Assembly (NCBI GenBank): GCA_016748015.1
Contig: JAAOMT010000494.1
Coordinates: 62,001-126,000, forward strand
Reading direction: 5' to 3'
Origin: Geosiphon pyriformis uo1
Lineage: Eukaryota > Fungi > Glomeromycota
DNA length: 64,000 nt
Within the stretch, counting starts at the first letter, position 1; each line of letters starts with the position of its first letter. The notes below the pieces were generated by a model. That model was not told the origin of the DNA and ran no database searches. It worked only from the letters and a program-made list of their open reading frames with translations. Positions 12,801 through 26,900 of this stretch are shown here, piece by piece. The translations under genes and the position numbers were made by a program.

Positions 12801-15800
12801 AACTGACAAGGGAAAGGGAAAAAAAAAAAGAAGAGACAACACCTACCAGCACTACTTATAATTATTACACCCATTCTACACCACAACAATCTACCTATTG
12901 GTGACCAAAGCTTATATGCATTGATTGCAGCAAGAATTTGTTATCAATTCGTGTATACTGTAATAACAATAAGAAATACCAAACAACAACCAAGTTCTAC
13001 TGTTACCTATATGTTATAGAACACTTTGAATGACCAAAACAATAAGAAAAATGGAACAATGAACCATGTTTCACATGTGGAACTATTTTACCCAATAAAG
13101 GAATGTGGAATGACATTTCTGGGCATAAAGGAACATGTAATAAAATATGTTAATATACAATCTTAATCAATGACTGGGTACACAAAGAAACACCAATTGA
13201 CAATGTCTAGAAACAAGCATTGTAACAATTGAAAGAATATTCCCATGACAAACATGAACTCTGAAGAATGACAAGTGCAAAAACAGAAGGTGTGACAACC
13301 AATAAACTACTAGAAATCAAAAACAATCTTTTATCTCTTCCTGAATCTGAATACATCCAAACTTTTGACATCTTTGGCAACATTGAAGACAATCTGAAAG
13401 AATTCTATAAACATTACCAGTAATTAGCACCCATTAGGGAAAAACAAAAGCAGTGTTTAGAGCAGTTGAATACTCAATTATGTCAATATTGCTTAATTTC
13501 CTGTGACTTCCAATATTGTAATGAGTGTGATCTTATTTACAATCTACCAATCTGCATAATCTACACAATTCCAGAAGAAGACAAACCAATCAACAACTGT
13601 GCATTGGAATCGGAATCAATTTTTAATCCCAATTCAAACTCTGACAATGATAACAATAAAAACAACAGTTCTAGCTCTGCTCAAAATGGCAATGAAAATA
13701 ACAATAATTCAGACTCCAATTCAAACCCTAAAACATTTATCGCACTTTCTGATCTTATCAAGGAGCAGGAATTTAAATAATTCAGTGATAATGGCAAAAG
13801 TATCATGTCAGAATGTGTGCATAATACTGATGCAGAGTTTGATCTGAGATATCTAAGGAAGGATGCCATAAAATTGGAACCTCATTCACACATTTGCATT
13901 GATCTTAAAATAGCACTGGAAATTCTAACAACAACAATAGTTCAACTAACATTTAGGAGTAGCTTAGCAAAAAAGAGAATCAACATCAGAGGAGGGATAA
14001 TTGATGCAGGATATATAGAAAATATCATTGCTATGCTACAAAATGACTCAGAAAAAGTCTATATTATAGATTCAAACAAAAAAATAGCACAGACAATATT
14101 CCTATTTCTAGTTAAAGTAACTTAATTAGTATTAGTAAGAAACAGAAAAAAATTAAGGATAACAGCAAAAGAGATACAAGAATTTGGATCCATAGGTAGA
14201 ATAGATGTACCAGTTAATATGGCAAAGGAAAAAATTATTGACAAGGGAAAAATTATCTCCACTCATTAATCAATTTCCATTTCACTATATAACTGGTACA
14301 TAGTAACTATAGAAAAAAAAGTGAAGGATCAAATTCAAATGTTTGAGGCAGAAGCTCAACTTTGTGAATTAGGAAAGATTGAATTAATTAATCTATACAT
14401 ACCAGCCAAAATCATGATCACATTAAAATCCCTATTTACAACAACACAGGAAACATCATGGAGATACCAGAAAGAACCACCAAAATTGAAGAACAACCAC
14501 CAAATCTCATTCCAAACTTTCCACAATTGTATAGATATGTGGATATCACATCACAAACAATCTACAGACAAGAAAAATATTATCTGCTCCAACCAAAACA
14601 ATTGGAACAAATGAACTTGGGAAACTTAGACCCACTTCAATGAATGCAACTTAAGATGTTACTCAACAACTTCAATGACATCTTTGCAAGCAAAAATAAA
14701 TTTGGCAGAACTGACATAATCCAGCATCAAATTAAGACTGAAGATGCAATGTCAATTAAACAAAGAGCATACAGAGTACCACTAGCCAGCCATGAGATCA
14801 TTCATCAAGAAATCAATCAGATGCTTGACAATGAGCTAATTCAGTCATCAATAAGCCCATAGTCATTACCAGTAGTACTAGTTCATAAGAAGAATAGAAG
14901 AATTCACTTTTGTGTGGATTACTAGAAATTAAATAGAGTGACCAAAAAAGATAGCTATTCAACACCAAAGATTCAAGAACTGTTTGACACTTTTGAAGGA
15001 AAGAAATGGTTCTCAACTTTAGACTTAGACAGCAATTACTGGCAAGTAGCCATGAAACTAAAAGACAAAGAGAAAATGGCTTTTACAATATGAGAGAGAA
15101 ATTTCAAATTTGAAGTAATGCCATTCAGCTTGATGAATGCTCCAGCCACTTTTCAGAGACTTATGGAAATTGTCTATACTAGACTATTATAAAAATCAGT
15201 AGTCATATACTTGGATAACACCAATGTGTTCTCAAAAACATTTGATAATCATTTATATTATCTCTAACAAGTGTTTGAAAGACTAAGAAGAACTGAATTA
15301 AAGCTAAATGCAACCAAATATTTCTTTGAAAAAACTGAACTCAAGTTTTTGGGACATGTTGTGAGCAAAAACGGAATCAAAACAGATCCAAACAAGATTA
15401 AGATTGTTAAAAACTTTTTAGTACCAAATAATCTTACAAAATTAAGAGCATTCTTGGGATTTGCTAGATACTACTGCCACTTTATCAAAGATTTTTCCAA
15501 AATAGCTCAATCACTACACCAACTACAAACAAAAAACACCAAATATAAATGGACTAAAATTCAACAAGAAGCTTTTGATATATTGAGAAAAAAACTTATT
15601 AAAGCCCCAATACTAATCTATTCAGATTATAGAAAGCCATTCATAATTACAACTGATACATCTGGTTAAGTATTGAGAGCAGTATTATTGCAGAAAGGAC
15701 CAGATAGAAGAGAACATCCAGTAGCTTATGTTAGTAAAGCTTAAATCCAGCTGAAAAGAACTATGAAACTCCAGCACTGAAATACTTAGCTATCTATTGG

Positions 15801-16007
15801 GCTGTCATCAAATAAAAAGAATACTTGAGCCAGAAGTTTGATGTATACACTAATCACAAAGGATTGACTTCAATCCAAAAACAAGAATTTGGAGATGATT
15901 GCCATGTCAGATAGAAAATAGAACTTTCACCATTTAATTATATGGTACATTATAAAAAAAAAAAAAATAGAAATGCTGACAGATTGTTGCAAATAAGACA
16001 AATCTAA
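9890..16007 (+). pseudogene. Gag-PR-Cys-rich-dUTPase-RT-RNase H polyprotein of B
   Basis: Domain remnants in this order; ends at TAA 16005-16007. Confidence 0.88.
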
Positions 16008-16038
16008 AAACATTTCAACCCAAAAAATATAACAAAAA

Positions 16039-17420
16039 ATGAATACACAAAAATACCAACAACTCCAATATTATATAAATACTCAATTGTTCAAGAAAAA
16101 ATTATCTCAAAAGAAACAAAGGAACATAAAACAACAATCAAAATATTTTATCAATCATCAAAATATACTTTACCAAAAGAACAAAAGAAATCCAGATCAA
16201 CCAGCCAGAGTAATCACTGAATCAGAGAAAGAAACAATATTATTCAACATGCACTTAGATCTAACAGCAGGACATTTTCATAAAGAAGCAACCATAGAAA
16301 GAATCAGAAAAAAATACTATTGGCCATCAATGTATTCAGACATCATTTAATATATTCAAAATTGTGATGCTTGTCAGAGAAGAGGAGAAACAAAACCCAG
16401 TGAATCATTAAGACCAATCAAAGTAGAAGAACTGTTCAATTGCATTGGAATTGATTTAGTCAGACCATTAACAATAACCAGCAGAGACAACAGATATATT
16501 GCAGTAGCCATGAACTATCTCACAAAATGGCCAGAAGCAAAAGCCATTCAAAAAACAGATGCAGAATCCATTGTCAAATTTGTCTATCAAGATTTAATAT
16601 ATTAACACGGATGTCTAAAAGAACTACTATCAGATCAAGGAATTCACTTTGTAAATAGAACATTGGCAGAATTAAGTCAAGGATTTGGGATAAAAAGACC
16701 ATTATCATCACCATACCATTCACAAACAAATAGGCTAGTTGAAAGATTTAACAGAACATTGTGTGAAGCCATTGCCAAGATCAGCCAAAAAAACCAGAAC
16801 AAATGGAATTTGTTCATATCATCAGTATTATTTGCTTATCAGACAATAAAACAGGACATTACATAAGCAATACCATTTGAATTAGTATATAATAAAACAG
16901 CAACATTACCAATTGAGATAGAAATCAACACTTATCTAACAAAACTAATAACTGAAGATAATTTTCAGGAAACATTGCTAAGAAAAACATATGATTTGAT
17001 GGAAACTTCAGAAAACCAACAACAAAAAACAGCTGACAACATCCAAGAGTCACAAAAAAAACAAAAAGAAAGACATAATAACCAATTACCAGAAAAACCA
17101 ATTGAATTCAAGATTGGAGACAAAGTACTTTTACATTGTACTAAAGTGGAAAAACAATGGAGTGAAAAATTTGACCCCAAATGAAACAAACTATTTTACA
17201 TAGAAGAAAGTCTTGGAAATAGAGCTTATAAATTAAGATGGGACAACAAAATCTTAGCCAAAGCAGCACATGGTGATTAACTGAAACCATATTACTATAT
17301 AGTGTCATTATCCACCAGTAATATTCCACAATTAAGAATATAGTAAATACTAGTCCAACCAAATGAGATTCCATAAGATCTGGAACCAATCATAATCATT
17401 AGACTAAACATGTAAAATTG
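16039..17420 (+). pseudogene. Integrase of B (separate ORF with own ATG)
   Basis: MNTQKYQQLQYYI start, HHCC, GIDLV/SDQG/LVERFN. Confidence 0.88.
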
Positions 17421-17475
17421 AACAATAAAAAGAGTATATAAAGACATAATAGATGTGACAAAAAACTTCAGAAAA

Positions 17476-18105
17476 ATGGAAATTACTGACAATGTCCACT
17501 CACTAACACAACAACTATTTCAACTGATTCAATAACAAAATATGGAAATTACTATCAACCAACAAACCATTCGATACCGAGATACCAGAAAGATACCCAA
17601 ATACAAAAGTCAAAGGAAAACAGAAAACACTATTGACAAAATGGTTCTAAAAATAAAATTAGCAATAAAAAAACCAATAAGTGTCACCACATATTAAGAG
17701 TTGACCAAAAAAACTTAGAAATAGTGGATACATGAATTTCCAAAGAACTTTTATTATTTTCACTTGGGACAACACTTGAATATTCAGAACTTATACACAG
17801 ATAAAACAAAATGATTATTTGACACAACAATACTGCAACAACTAGAACAATTTGTGGAAAAAAACAACTTGACTACACAGGCAAGAGCCATCTATCAGTT
17901 ATATACAGGATTTCAAAACAGACCAGAAATCTTACTTAATCCAGAATTGAATTCCATTACAATTAACCAAATGAGAAAAATAACCAATGCCCAATTTGAA
18001 AAATTACAGAACAAGATAACTTAAGTAATTCTTGAAAAAGAAGTTTAAGAAATACTCAAAGACAGAAAATTAGAATTGGGAGATCTCGATGAAGCTCAAT
18101 ATTAA
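17476..18105 (+). pseudogene. ORF3 of B (~209 aa, unknown function)
   Basis: MEITDNVHSL...EFPKNFYYFHLG...RAIYQLYTGF...ILLNP...MRKITNAQF; TATATAAAG at 17435-17443; internal stops explicable as transitions. Confidence 0.8.
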
Positions 18106-18119
18106 AAAGAAGGGAATAA

Positions 18120-18958
18120 TGTTACTCATAAAATATAGAAAGTATATTAACATATAAATTAGCCAATCAAAAGTAGCCATAATAAATATAGAATTCTAGG
18201 ATTCCTCTCAAGAGGAATTGCAGAATTCCAGAAATTTCAAAATTCTTGTACAAGGAATTGCAGGATTCCAGAATTCCAGAATTTCTTTTAAAAAAAATTG
18301 CAGGATTCCTGATATAAAAAATTGAGGAATTGAGGAATCTCAATTATGTATATATAGCAGTAGTGTTAAAAGTAAAAAAAACAGACCTTTCAGTTTAGAT
18401 TTAATCTAAGCAATCTTTCAACTCACAAATATCAATAAATAATTATTTTTTATTTCAAATCCACTCTCTACTATTAACATTTCATGTTGATAGTAATTAA
18501 TACTTAACCACACTGAAACAATAGCTCTTGATTATGGCTATTGACAGAATACTAACTATTATTGTCTTGGCTTATTTTCTTATTTCTTTTATTGTTATTT
18601 TTCTTTTTCTTTCTTTTGTTGTTATTTACTAATTAATTAAAGGGAAAGTGCTAAGATACAGATGTTATAGGGACTGGTAAAAGACCTGTGAAACAAGGGT
18701 AAAACACTCATAAATTTGAGAATAGCTTATCAGGAGGATTACTGATCACCATGCTGAGAAAAAAATTTGATGGAATTGTGATTCTGGAAGGCTACTAAAA
18801 CAATTATTGAATCTCTGTCTATTATACAAAGGACTCAACCAAAACCTTCAGATACAAACAACCTTCAGATTACCAATACTATCATCATGAATAGCTTCTA
18901 AGCACCAAGTTACAGGTTTTGTTATTTGATTTAAGACTCTAAATAATCATCTGTAACA
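18120..18958 (+). repeat. 3' LTR of B
   Basis: TGTTAC...TGTAACA following the PPT. Confidence 0.95.
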
Positions 18959-19286
18959 ACATTAAGTTTACTGCAAATCAAAGATATCCTGTTTAACAGA
19001 ATCTTGAACAATATTTTTTGGGCTGTTTCAATTAAAACAATAAGTCTGGTATTAATAAGAGTTCTTTCCCAGTTATATGGCTTAGGTATTATAGAAATTC
19101 AAGCCTATTTTCAATATGTGGGCACTGTATTCAACATCAAGCATACATTCAGAATATTTAACAAGCTGTCCAGAACCTGTGTATTCTTATGCTTCCAAAG
19201 TTTATTAGGAATGCCAAAAAGTTTGACAGCTTTTTTATTAGACAGATTTTTGATTACTTGAAAAAACTCATTAGATTTGATACCAT

Positions 19287-20331
19287 TATTATGGGTAAAC
19301 TTGGTGGGATAGGGAAATGGTAATATTTGGTGCTCTTAATTATTGGTTTTTTGCATAATTCCATTGGCTTAGTTTTGATTATCAGTCTCTGAAGGTCTTA
19401 TCTATTGGTTGTAAATTTACCCATTGAGTTCTTTGGTTATAAGGCACAGAGTTTTGGTTCTTGCTAATTACAACTTCTTATAAAGATGAGCTTTCTTTTC
19501 CGAGCTAACAAACACAGTCATTAGGGTTTGGTGTTGTCTTTTTGCTCTTCTGGTAAGCTATCAAGATAATGTTAATATCCAAAAACTTAGAAAAAGCTTC
19601 CCTCTTTTACCAGGCTATCACAAAATCTATTTTCAGACAGTTGATTTTATTATGTTGCCACTCCACAAAAAAAATAAAGAAAAATAATAAAAAGAAATAA
19701 AAAACAAAAGAAAAATAAAAGAAAAAAAGAAAAAAAAGAATTAGTATCATCAATCACCATGATTAAGAGTAATTGGTCCAAATTGTTAATAGTTTGAGAC
19801 AATTATGCTATGAGCATCTGTTCTAAAATAAAGATATGAAACAATGGTTAATTTACATAAAATCCATAAAGTTCAAGAACATAAATTTGTGATTCTGATT
19901 TCTCAATAATTGATTTATTTTAGAAGATAAAAATGGAATAAAATAAATGATAGAAAGAGTAAGGATATTTGATTCTTGTTTAGTGATTCATATTTATCTG
20001 TCTGTCTGTTTCTATCTTTTACAACTACTTACTTTTATACATTCTTTTGGTTTTACAGGATTGCTTCTGATTGTTTTATTATTGCTAACTATTGCTTTGT
20101 TATTTTTGTTATTGCTTTGTTCTTCTATGTTATTACTAGTTATCCTACATTATAATACATTATCTAGTATTATTATGTATTATTCTGTGTTATTCCACAT
20201 TGTAATGTATTATCCTGCACTATTCTAAGTTATAATGTATTATCCAATGTTATTGTGCACTATTCTGTATTATGTCATGTTCTAATTATGTTTTTTCATA
20301 ACTTTGGATTGGTTTTTCTACTTGAATAACA
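19287..20331 (-). mobile_element. Solo LTR, family C
   Basis: Homologous to 40177-41147; TSD CCAT on both sides; inserted in LINE ORF2. Confidence 0.92.
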
Positions 20332-23300
20332 CCATACATAACATTTAAAACATATTATCATTAACATAGGCCAAAAGAGCATATTAATTGAACCATTGAG
20401 CAAGTAGAAAGTTAAGGACCACATACTTCTTTGTTTATCTTTTTATGATAGTATCAACTGCAAACTTAATTTCATTAGACTCCAGAATTAAATTATTATT
20501 TATTATCAAATGATTAAACACCACTTTTTAAAACAGCCACTTCAAAACACTCTTGATCATATGACTCTTATTAAAACAAAAGCTTTCTATACACTTGTCT
20601 ATTGTCTTCTTAATAAAAACATTCCTAACAATTCTGAATTCGCAATATTTAGACCTACAATACATTTTCTTAACCTTTGACAAGTGATACAGAATATTTC
20701 TTATGCTCTCATTATTACCAAACTTGATGCAAACATTGAAGGCTTTTCTATCATCAATAATAAACCAAGTCTTAACAAGATGATTGACTTTTGACTTCTA
20801 ACCTGAACTCAAACATTTTACTATCTTGGCTATTAACAATTTCAGCTTAAAAAACTTTGATAATTGTTTATTTTTTGAACACTCAAACTTACTAAACCAA
20901 ACTCTAAAAAATGCATTATCAGTAGATCTTACTATTATCTTTACAAGAATTTTTCACATAATATCCAAATTACCATCATCTTTTGCACTATTAAATTTAT
21001 CCAATTTTTTTAAGAACTTGTCTAATGAACACTCCCTAAAATATAATCACTTATTGATATCAGCATCCTTGATTTTGAACTTCTATTTATCTTTGTTAGC
21101 CTGCTTATAATTACTGTTAAGACAAGCATCTAGAAGACCACCCAAACCAACTAAAACCAGGATGGTCTTGTAATCTATATCAAAGAAATCAAAAACAGGA
21201 TTGATCATATGACCAGCCACTATAGATAAAAAACATTTACTCACAAAGATGTAATCAATAATCTTTTTAGCATCTCTCGAATTGCTCCAAGTAGAAGCTT
21301 TTACTAATAGATGTCTACCAAATAAATTGACTAAACCAAGACCTGAGCAAAACCTAAAACTTGCACTTCTTTTAGACTCACTTTTATTGAAATCTCTACC
21401 CAAGACCACAAAAGTACTAGAGTTGACAGCCTTAATAATGAAGAAATTGATCTTTGCAGCCTAATTAAATTTAATCTTAACAAAAGCACTAGCATACAAA
21501 TCTAAAATCATAATTGACAGCTTGCTCTTAAAGAAAAGCCACACTAAAATTATCCAATCAAGAACTTTCTCAATCTTAGAGACATAACAAGCCAAAAAAT
21601 TGTTTATAATTATAGTCACTTCAGCATCAAAAAAACTCTTGTTTAAACCAGATGAAAAAATCTGCATTTTTTTAAATTTATTTATAATCCAAAGCCTAAT
21701 GCCAGATCTTAACTTTGTTTCAGTAATGATAAAAACTATATTGTCAGAGTTCATATGTCAATACACTATATTTTTTTGCTTAGTAAAAACATTGATGTCC
21801 TTAATATTACAAGTAGCAATTTTCCAAATGAAGTCTGTTATTAAGGAAAATAAGCATCAGACACCAAACCAGTATTGTTCACTTTGGCCAGTAAGCCCAT
21901 AACAGTAATTAAAAGATTGTTCAAAGTTGCTTCCAATTTGGAAATTATTGATTAATCAAAAATCACCACTTTTACAACAGTCTCACCACTAGTGACCACA
22001 CTTAAACTCTTACTTATCACTATATCTATCCTTTGATTCTGTAATAAGGGGGTCATTAATGGCTGACATTTAGAGCTAGGCTGAGAAACTGTTGACACAG
22101 ATGTGTCCAACTTTTTAGCCAGCTTGTCAACATGCTTTGTAAGACTGGTAAAACTGTACTTAAGAATAACAAACCTATCATTCAAATCTATAGATACCAA
22201 CAGAATAGGCTTCATCTTTAAAGAAAAGCCAAAGTTTAAAAAGCTATTATGTGCAAAAAGGGAAAAAAAAGACTTACCAATGACTTTTATTCAAGAGATA
22301 CTACTGAAGGAAACAAAACAAGCAATTAGTGCCAAATGTTTGGCATAGATAGATGCCAGCCTGCTTTTATCCTTCTCAAAAAGCACCCTACAAGAAGGAA
22401 CACCAAGAGAATTTTTCTCACTAAAAGCACAGCCCAAAAATATATGATCTAAATTTTCACACTCCACATATTTGGCAGATTTCAAATAAAACCAGTATAG
22501 ATTGGTACTCTTTAGCACAGATGTGGTTGCCATGACAGCCTTCAATAAATTAGCAGAGTCAAAACATACAACTACACATCTGGCCCAAACATATATAACC
22601 AGATAATAGTTAATAACACAAGTTTTCTTATCTACTAAAATAACATAATTTCAAATATTATGAGTATTGATTCCTACTGACAAAGTATACAACAGAGTCC
22701 TATAATTGTTCCTTGTATCTTAAGACTCTTTGTTTATATCAGCTCTAGCAACATGTATAGCATTTTTCCCAATTAAAACAGATTATCTAGCTGCAACCAA
22801 ATCAGCATAATTTGATGCTCAAATTTTACCACAGCTTTTTGCCACAGTCTCACCAATTATATGTTGATCAATTTAATTGTTCTAAACTCAGACAGTACAG
22901 TACACACAGTCTTAGCTAATGTCCCAATTGGAATTTTTTTTACAACCACAATCTGATCTGAATGTTTAGTAGATTTTTTGAGATTAGCATTTACAGTAAT
23001 TTTTGCACTCTTAGCCATATTAAAAGCTTGAGCCAAGCTAGATTCGGAAGTAAACATCATTCAGATAATCCCAAAAAATTTTGAAAGAGTAGAGGTCCTC
23101 CCAAAACCATTGATTTTTGAAAATAATTTCCTGACTAATACTAGCTTCTCTTGAGAGGATTTCTTAATCATCTTATCCAAGCCAATATTTAAAACAAATG
23201 ATTTCTTAACTGGAACATTAACCAAAACCTTCAAAGAAGGGAGAAAAACCAGGGAGGCATTCAGTAAAACATCATTATTATTACTATTACTCAAGAAGTT

Positions 23301-23774
23301 AATTTTATCCAGTGGCTTTCCCAGAGCCTTTTTGGTTTTAATACATAAACTTTTTGGTATTTGATCAGCATTTCCACTATCAATAGTGGCCCTATTACTA
23401 TAATCAAAGCTAATTTTCTCAACCAGACACTTCTTTTCTATGTCAACACTGTTAGACTTAGTAGTATTACCAGTTTCTAAATTCCAAGAACAACCACTTA
23501 CCACTTTAGCAGAAACTTTTTTAGTTTTGATACCATTTTTTAAAGTATCACTTCACTTTTTCTTTTTTGAAAATACAGGTTTGAAACCATCAACTAAACC
23601 AAAATTTTTAACAGTCTTCTTTATAACAGCAATACTAAAACCAACAATGGTCTCATAATCAAGCAAAAATGGTTTTGATTTATCATACTGAATGGTAAAA
23701 ACTTTTTTCAAAAAACTTTTTGACTTTTTTTTGGAAATTTAAGATAAAAAAGAGAAAAAAGTTTTTTTTAAATA

Positions 23775-23922
23775 TATATTTTTATATTATTAAGTAATTT
23801 ATAATTGAAATTTTCTGTAAAAAAATTAACTTTTATAGTAAAATAACTATATATTATTAAAAAATTTATAATTAAAAATTTTTATAAAAAAATTAACTTT
23901 TACTGTAAAGTAATTACATAAA
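23775..23922 (+). repeat. Fragment of a family D-like LTR
   Basis: Two decayed copies of the AGTTGACTTTTACAGCAAAGTAACTACA motif; reverse-complement match to ~49885-50030. Confidence 0.7.
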
Positions 23923-26900
23923 ATACTTCTGGCCATTTTGTAAGATAGTCTACGGCTACAGCAATATAGCAATTTCCTTGGGATGTAATTGAAAGAGGTT
24001 CAACCAACTTGATCCTGATTCTATCAAATGGATTTCCAACTAGAATGGGTCGAAGTGGTTCTGTTGATCTTGCTCTTCTTCTTCACTGGCATATGTCACA
24101 ATTGCGCACATATTCAAAAATGTCTTTGTACATTATTGGCCAATAGTATAAGTTTAGTGTTCTTTTGAGGGTAGCATCTTTGTTAAAGTGTTCTGCAGTC
24201 AGATCTGAGTGCACACTATATAATATAGTTTTTTTTTCACTGTTCTTGATTAGTCATTGTGAGTTGGGGTGGTTTCGGCGTTCTCGTCGATATAGTTGGT
24301 TGTCTTGAATAAAATAATTTTGGGCTTGTTTTTATATGATATTCTGTTCCTGTTGAGATAATATCTCCTTGAAACATAGTGTCAATAGGTACTGATGTAG
24401 TCATTGATAAGTGAGTGTGTCCATGGGTCTGGAATTAGATTTGTGGCATTCTTGACAAACTGTCAACATTGGTGTTCTTGGATCCTTCCTTGTAATGAAC
24501 TTTGAGTGGGAATTGTTGCAGATAAGTACTCCATCTCACATATTTTCTTTTTAGTTGTGGATTGTTGAGTAATCAAATAAGTTCTTTGTGGTCAGTATAT
24601 AAGTCAAATGGTTGACTGAGGTAATGTTTTCAAGTCTGTACAGTCCAATAAATAGTGAGACATTCCAGATCTGTTGTGCTGTAATTTTTTTCTGCTGGGC
24701 TAGTGTTGCGACTAGTGTAGGCAATTGGGTGTTCTCTATTGTCCGGTTCTATCTGTGATAAGACTGCTCCTAGAGCATTTTTCGAGGCATCCGTAGCGAC
24801 AATGAACCGTTTAGTGAAATCTGAGTAAATCAGGATTGGGGATGTGATTAATCGCTGTTTGAGATAGTCAAATGCTTTCTGTTGATCTTCCTTCCACAAG
24901 TACGGTACATATTTGGACAACAATTAATAGAGTGGTTTTGCAATGTTCAAGAAACCTTTGACAAATTGACGATAATATCTTGCCAATTCTAGAAATTCTT
25001 GTAATTCTCTGAAGTTGATTGGGGCTGGAAAATCCTTGACTTTTTGTACTTTATCTGGATCAGGTTTAACTCTATTCTTGCTAATTATATGTCCTAGGAA
25101 TTTTAACTTGGTTTTTCCAAAGGCATAAACTCATAATTTGTCTAAAAATATTCTAGGAATTGAGTTTCAATCCAGCACTACAAAGGCATTCAAAGACTTG
25201 TTGCAGGTGGAGCAGATGGTCTTTGAATGTTTCGGAGAACATGTTTGTGTCGTTTAGATAGACTACTACTGATTTTTAAAGGATTCCTTTGTATACTACA
25301 TCTATTAGGCATTGAAATGTGGCAGGAGCATTACAAAGTCCAAAAGGCATTACGTTAAACTCGAAGTTTCTGTCTCGAGTGGTAAACACTGTTTTTCCTT
25401 TGTCTTTGGAGTCCATTTCAACTTGCCAGTAACCACTTGCTAAATCTAATGATGAGAACCATTTCTTTTTTCCTAGATTGTTCAGAATTTCCTGAATGAA
25501 GGGAGTGGAATAACTATCTCCTCGTGTGACACTATTTAGTTTTTAATAATCTATGCAGAATTGCACTTTTCCATTTTTCTTGGTGACCAAAACTACTGGC
25601 AAGAACAAGGGCTTAACAATTCTTTGATTAGGCTGTTATCAAGCATCCATTGCACTTCTTGCTTAATTAGGTTATCACCAGATAGGGGTACACGATAAGC
25701 TCATTGTTTAATTGGTCAAGTGTCTCCCGTATTAATCTAATGCTTCATGATGTCAGTGTGTCCAAACTTATTTTTGCTGGCAAAGACATCAGCATACTGA
25801 TTCAGAAGAACTTTGAGTTGCATTTGTTGCAGGGTACTTAAATTTCTTAAATTCAATTTATTGATCTCTTCTGGTGTAAACAAGTAACTTTCTTTTGGCA
25901 AATTCTATACTTGTGAAGTAATGTCATAGAATAAGAATAATTGTGCAAAATCTGGAATGGACTGGGGTTTTTCAGGATTCTGAATATCTGCAGATATAGA
26001 ACTGATGAGAGTTCCTTTGGGGATTTCAATGACATTTTCTGTCGGGTTGTGAATGGGGATTTTGAAGTGTTTATGGGCTTTGGCTGGTAGGTATAGATTA
26101 GCAACATCGGCTAGGAAACAGATTTCGGGACTGGCTTTGAATAACAGGGCTTGATCTTGGATCTTTTGATTCACCTTGAGGATATATTATTAGTATGGGG
26201 GAATGAAAATAATGGTGTCAGTGTTGATAAATTCTACCTGGTTACTGTCTTCCTCTATGAAATTAACAGATATGTTTCCTCTTTCACTTGATCCAAACCC
26301 GTTGATTTCTCGGACAATGAGGCCTAACTCTTTTCGGGTTGTTACCAGGGTTAATTGGGGTATTTTGACTAGGGGTAGGAAGATAGCTTGGGCAATCTTT
26401 TCTTGTGATTTTATTTTGTAGGGTCTGTTCGAATTGTTCTGTAGCATCACAATAATGTTTTCCATGTAATTGGCATCAATGATTCCTCTTTTTATGTTGA
26501 TTTCTGTTTTGGCTAGGCTAGATTGAGAGACAACTTGTACTATTGTACTAACAGAAATTTCTAACACTATCTTAAGATCTATTTTTACGAGAGAATGTGG
26601 GGCTATAATGATGGGTGATTGTCCAGGATATTGTAGGTCAAAACTGGTATTGGTATTATGCACTCTTTCAAGACAGATTCCTTCTTTATTGTCACTGTAC
26701 TATTTTAGCTCTAGTTCTTTGGATAGGTCGGGATATACGAGATACTGTTCTGTTTCAGTATCCTCAGTTGGATCTTGAAACAACATGTTCTTGGTAATCA
26801 ATACCTCTTTTTTGGGCTCAGGTAGTTTGGTGATTGGAAACAGTATTCTTGGAGATGGATTGAACATGAGATTACATTTGTTGCAGTACTGGAAGTGACA

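Larger units (their letters stand above)
9031..18958 (+). mobile_element. Full-length Ty3/gypsy-type LTR retrotransposon B, degenerate
   Basis: LTRs 9031-9868 and 18120-18958, TSD ACAT (9027-9030 and 18959-18962), PBS at 9871, PPT ~18104-18116; gag, protease (ILDSK), dUTPase, RT, RNase H, integrase, ORF3. Confidence 0.97.
8755..23770 (-). mobile_element. Non-LTR retrotransposon (APE-type LINE), degenerate, interrupted by element B and a family C solo LTR, and cut by element A
   Basis: ORF1 ~21839-23710 with a CCHC-like remnant (ECENLDHIFLGC). ORF2 endonuclease (WKIATCN...ITETKL...GRDFN...TWSN...IDYIF) 21083-21841. RT fragments at 18963-19286 and 8755-9030 rejoin in frame across the ACAT TSD (SKLN|VLCGDNF). 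Confidence 0.88.

Noticed and set aside
18220-18245. Heat-shock element TTCnnGAAnnTTC in U3
   Set aside because: Could arise by G>A decay of GGAATTCC units and is not consistent across copies.
19947-20228. Hydrophobic membrane-protein-like ORF
   Set aside because: Antisense reading of T-rich U3 repeats in a solo LTR.
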